From positions 1,463,090 to 1,487,089 of the forward strand of contig NZ_CP184360.1 in assembly GCF_048595755.1 (NCBI RefSeq): a stretch of 24,000 bases of DNA, given 5' to 3'. A program made the position numbers and the translations under genes. Positions within the stretch are counted from its first letter, which is position 1. Each line of letters starts with the position of its first letter. Positions 21,981 to 24,000 of this stretch are shown piece after piece. This stretch comes from Luteococcus sp. OSA5 (GTDB lineage: Bacteria; Actinomycetota; Actinomycetes; Propionibacteriales; Propionibacteriaceae). The notes under the pieces are model-generated. The model was not told where the DNA came from and did not search any database. It was given only the letters and a program-made list of their open reading frames with translations.

Positions 21981-24000
21981 TCAGCTCTCCTCGTTCTTGT
22001 CGTCGAGCACCGGCTGCACCTTCTCCTCCCAGAAGGTGCGGGCTGCGGCGCGCAGCGAGTCGATGTCGGAGTCGTTGGTCACCACGTAGGTGGAGACCTC
22101 CTCGCGCTCGTCGTCGGTCACCCGGGCATCCAGCCGCTCCCAGGCCGCCTCGCGGCTGATGTCCTTCTCGCTCATCAGGCGTTCGGCCCGGTGCTCGACG
22201 GGGCTCGCCACGGCCACCACCTCGTCGAAGCGGCTGGCCTGGTTGGTCTCTGCCAGCAGCGGTGCATCCACCACGACGACGGCGTCCGGGCCGGCCTGGC
22301 GCGCCCGGGCCTCGATCTCGCTGATGATGCGCGGATGCATGATCGCCTCCAGCCGCAACCGGGCGTCGCGGGAGGAGAAGACCAGGCGGCCCAGGGCCTG
22401 CCGGTCCACGACGCCCTCGGCAGTGACGATGTCCTCACCGAAGACCGAGCGGATCTCGTCCTGGATCTCGGTGTCGTCGTCGAGCAGGCTGCGGTTGATC
22501 TCGTCGGCATCGATGACCACGCCACCCATCAGGCGCAGCTCGTCGGCGACGATCGAGGTGCCCGAGGCGGCTCCGCCGGTGATGGCGATCGACAGCAGGG
22601 GCAGCCCGGCCTGGGCCCGGCGCACCGCATAGGTGTTGGGCACGTGGGTCTCGAACTCGGGTTCGGTGCCCGGCTCGAACTCGGGACGGATCACGTACTC
22701 GGTGACCGGCACCCCGTCCTCCTGCACGCGACGCACGTACTCCTCGGCGGGCAGCACCTGCTTCCACTGGCGGGTACGTACCGGGCGTGCCGCGCCGGCA
22801 TCCTCGCGCAGTGCCTGGATGACCATCAGCATCTGCAGGAAGTTGATCACCATCATCGGGAAGCCGATCACGATGATGACCTCCTGCAGGGCGCTGAGGC
22901 CGTTCTCCCCGGCGGTGAGGATGATCGACGCGCACACCGCGCCCACCGACAGGGCCCAGAAGACACCCTGCCGCCGCGGGGCCGGGTCTTCGTGTCCGTT
23001 GGCCATGGCGTCCATCACCAGGGCGCCGGAGTCGATGGAGGTGATGAAGAACAACACGATCGCCACCAGGGCCACCATGGCGGTGATCTGGTACAGCGGC
23101 AGCGCGCCCAGGAACTGGAACAGGGCAGCCTGGACATTCCCCTCGGTGACGATGGTCTCGGTCAGGTCGCCTCCGCTGGCCGCATTCGGTGCGCTTGAGC
23201 GGTCCTGGGTGATGCCGTTGTAGCCGTAGATCGCCATCCAGACGATCACGAACAGCGACGGTGCGCCCAGCGTGCCCAGCACGAACTCCCGGATGGTGCG
23301 GCCGCGGGAGATCTTGGCGACGAACATGCCGACGAAGGGTGCCCAGGTGACCGTCCAGGCCCAGTAGAAGACGGTCCAGTCGCCGGACCACTGGCCGTCG
23401 TTGTGCAGGTCGTTGAAGAAGGACAGCACGGGCAGGTTGGCCGCATAACCGCCGAAGGACTCGACGATGGCGCGCAGGGTGGGCACGGTGGCGCCGGTGA
23501 TCAGGATGAAGACCAGCAGCGCGGTGACCACCACGATGTTGGCGTAGGACAGCCGCTTGACGCCCTTGTCCATGCCGGCCAGCACCGAGGCCAGTGCGAT
23601 GCCGGTGATGATCGCCAGGATCATCGCCTGCACCCAGGGAGCGATCTCGAGCCCGAAGACGTAGTTGGCGCCGGAGTTGATCTGCAGCGCGCCAAGGCCG
23701 GTGGAGACCGACAGACCGAAGACGGTGGCGACGATGGCGATCACGTCGATGATCTTGCCGATGGGGCCGTGGATGCCGTCACCCAGCAGTGGGTGGAAGG
23801 CCGACGAGACGCGCGGTGGCAGCTTGCGCTTGTACGTGAAGTAGCCGAAGCCCAGGCCGGGAACCACCAGGATCGCCCACATGTGCAGGGCGAAGTGGAA
23901 GTTGGCGATGGCCAAGGCCTGGTCGGCAGCTCGGTCGCTGAAGGGAACCGTATCGCCCAGCGGAGGATTGGCGTAGTGGTTCATGGGTTCCGCCACGCCC
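21981..24000 (-). CDS. BCCT-family (betaine/carnitine/choline) transporter fused to a C-terminal dephospho-CoA-kinase-like domain; N-terminus lies beyond the window
   Basis: The frame is open to the window edge. BCCT signature WTVFYWAWTVTWAPFVGMFVAKISRGRTIREFV. After the last TM and a linker (EYVIRPEFEPGTEPEFETH), residues of about 466-660 (nt 22601-22017) align with the CoaE pattern: IAITGGAASGTS.VA..L...G..VIDADEI ... FG..I...G.VDR..L...VF ... HP.I ... VVDAPLLAE. No stop codon separates the two parts. Confidence 0.85.
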   Translation of the reverse strand, partial: GVAEPMNHYANPPLGDTVPFSDRAADQALAIANFHFALHMWAILVVPGLGFGYFTYKRKLPPRVSSAFHPLLGDGIHGPIGKIIDVIAIVATVFGLSVSTGLGALQINSGANYVFGLEIAPWVQAMILAIITGIALASVLAGMDKGVKRLSYANIVVVTALLVFILITGATVPTLRAIVESFGGYAANLPVLSFFNDLHNDGQWSGDWTVFYWAWTVTWAPFVGMFVAKISRGRTIREFVLGTLGAPSLFVIVWMAIYGYNGITQDRSSAPNAASGGDLTETIVTEGNVQAALFQFLGALPLYQITAMVALVAIVLFFITSIDSGALVMDAMANGHEDPAPRRQGVFWALSVGAVCASIILTAGENGLSALQEVIIVIGFPMMVINFLQMLMVIQALREDAGAARPVRTRQWKQVLPAEEYVRRVQEDGVPVTEYVIRPEFEPGTEPEFETHVPNTYAVRRAQAGLPLLSIAITGGAASGTSIVADELRLMGGVVIDADEINRSLLDDDTEIQDEIRSVFGEDIVTAEGVVDRQALGRLVFSSRDARLRLEAIMHPRIISEIEARARQAGPDAVVVVDAPLLAETNQASRFDEVVAVASPVEHRAERLMSEKDISREAAWERLDARVTDDEREEVSTYVVTNDSDIDSLRAAARTFWEEKVQPVLDDKNEES

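Noticed and set aside
1-24000. CRISPR arrays, IS elements/transposases, integrases, prophage genes, rRNA
   Set aside because: No regularly spaced direct repeats and no DDE, tyrosine- or serine-recombinase-like ORFs were recognised in any frame.

Overview
This is a high-GC, actinobacterial-type chromosomal segment. Real genes show very strong G/C at codon position 3 (about 87-96% by hand count). Most long ORFs in the track are antisense or off-frame shadows of those genes. I support about 25 protein-coding genes, one tRNA-Ser(GGA), one small SRP (4.5S) RNA and several hairpins, repeats and operator-like sites.

Housekeeping backbone: cycA permease, ffs, an Hsp15-like S4 protein, an ABC-2 exporter pair with a divergent TetR, then dnaX-glxK-ybaB-recR-HAD. 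A BCCT transporter runs off the right edge.

Accessory-looking part (about 750-9860):
- A co-directional minus-strand block of three tandem paralogous 2-TM small membrane proteins, an unusual double-membrane-module histidine kinase with no response regulator in the window, and a DedA protein.
- A MerR/GyrI-like regulator divergent from a minimal nucleotidyltransferase that is translationally coupled to an 84-aa protein.
- A DUF3995-like membrane protein, an Imm5-like (immunity-type) protein, and a compositionally atypical SulP/STAS transporter abutting the 3' end of the tRNA-Ser.

Best candidates for something undescribed:
1. The paralogue-triplet / dual-module kinase / DedA locus (754-5088).
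2. The BCCT transporter fused to a CoaE-like domain whose Walker-A lysine is replaced (21981-22601).
3. The MNT-like nucleotidyltransferase with a non-HEPN partner (6096-6751).

No CRISPR array, IS element, integrase or rRNA was seen. All family assignments come from motif recognition by eye and recalled reference sequences. No searches were run.
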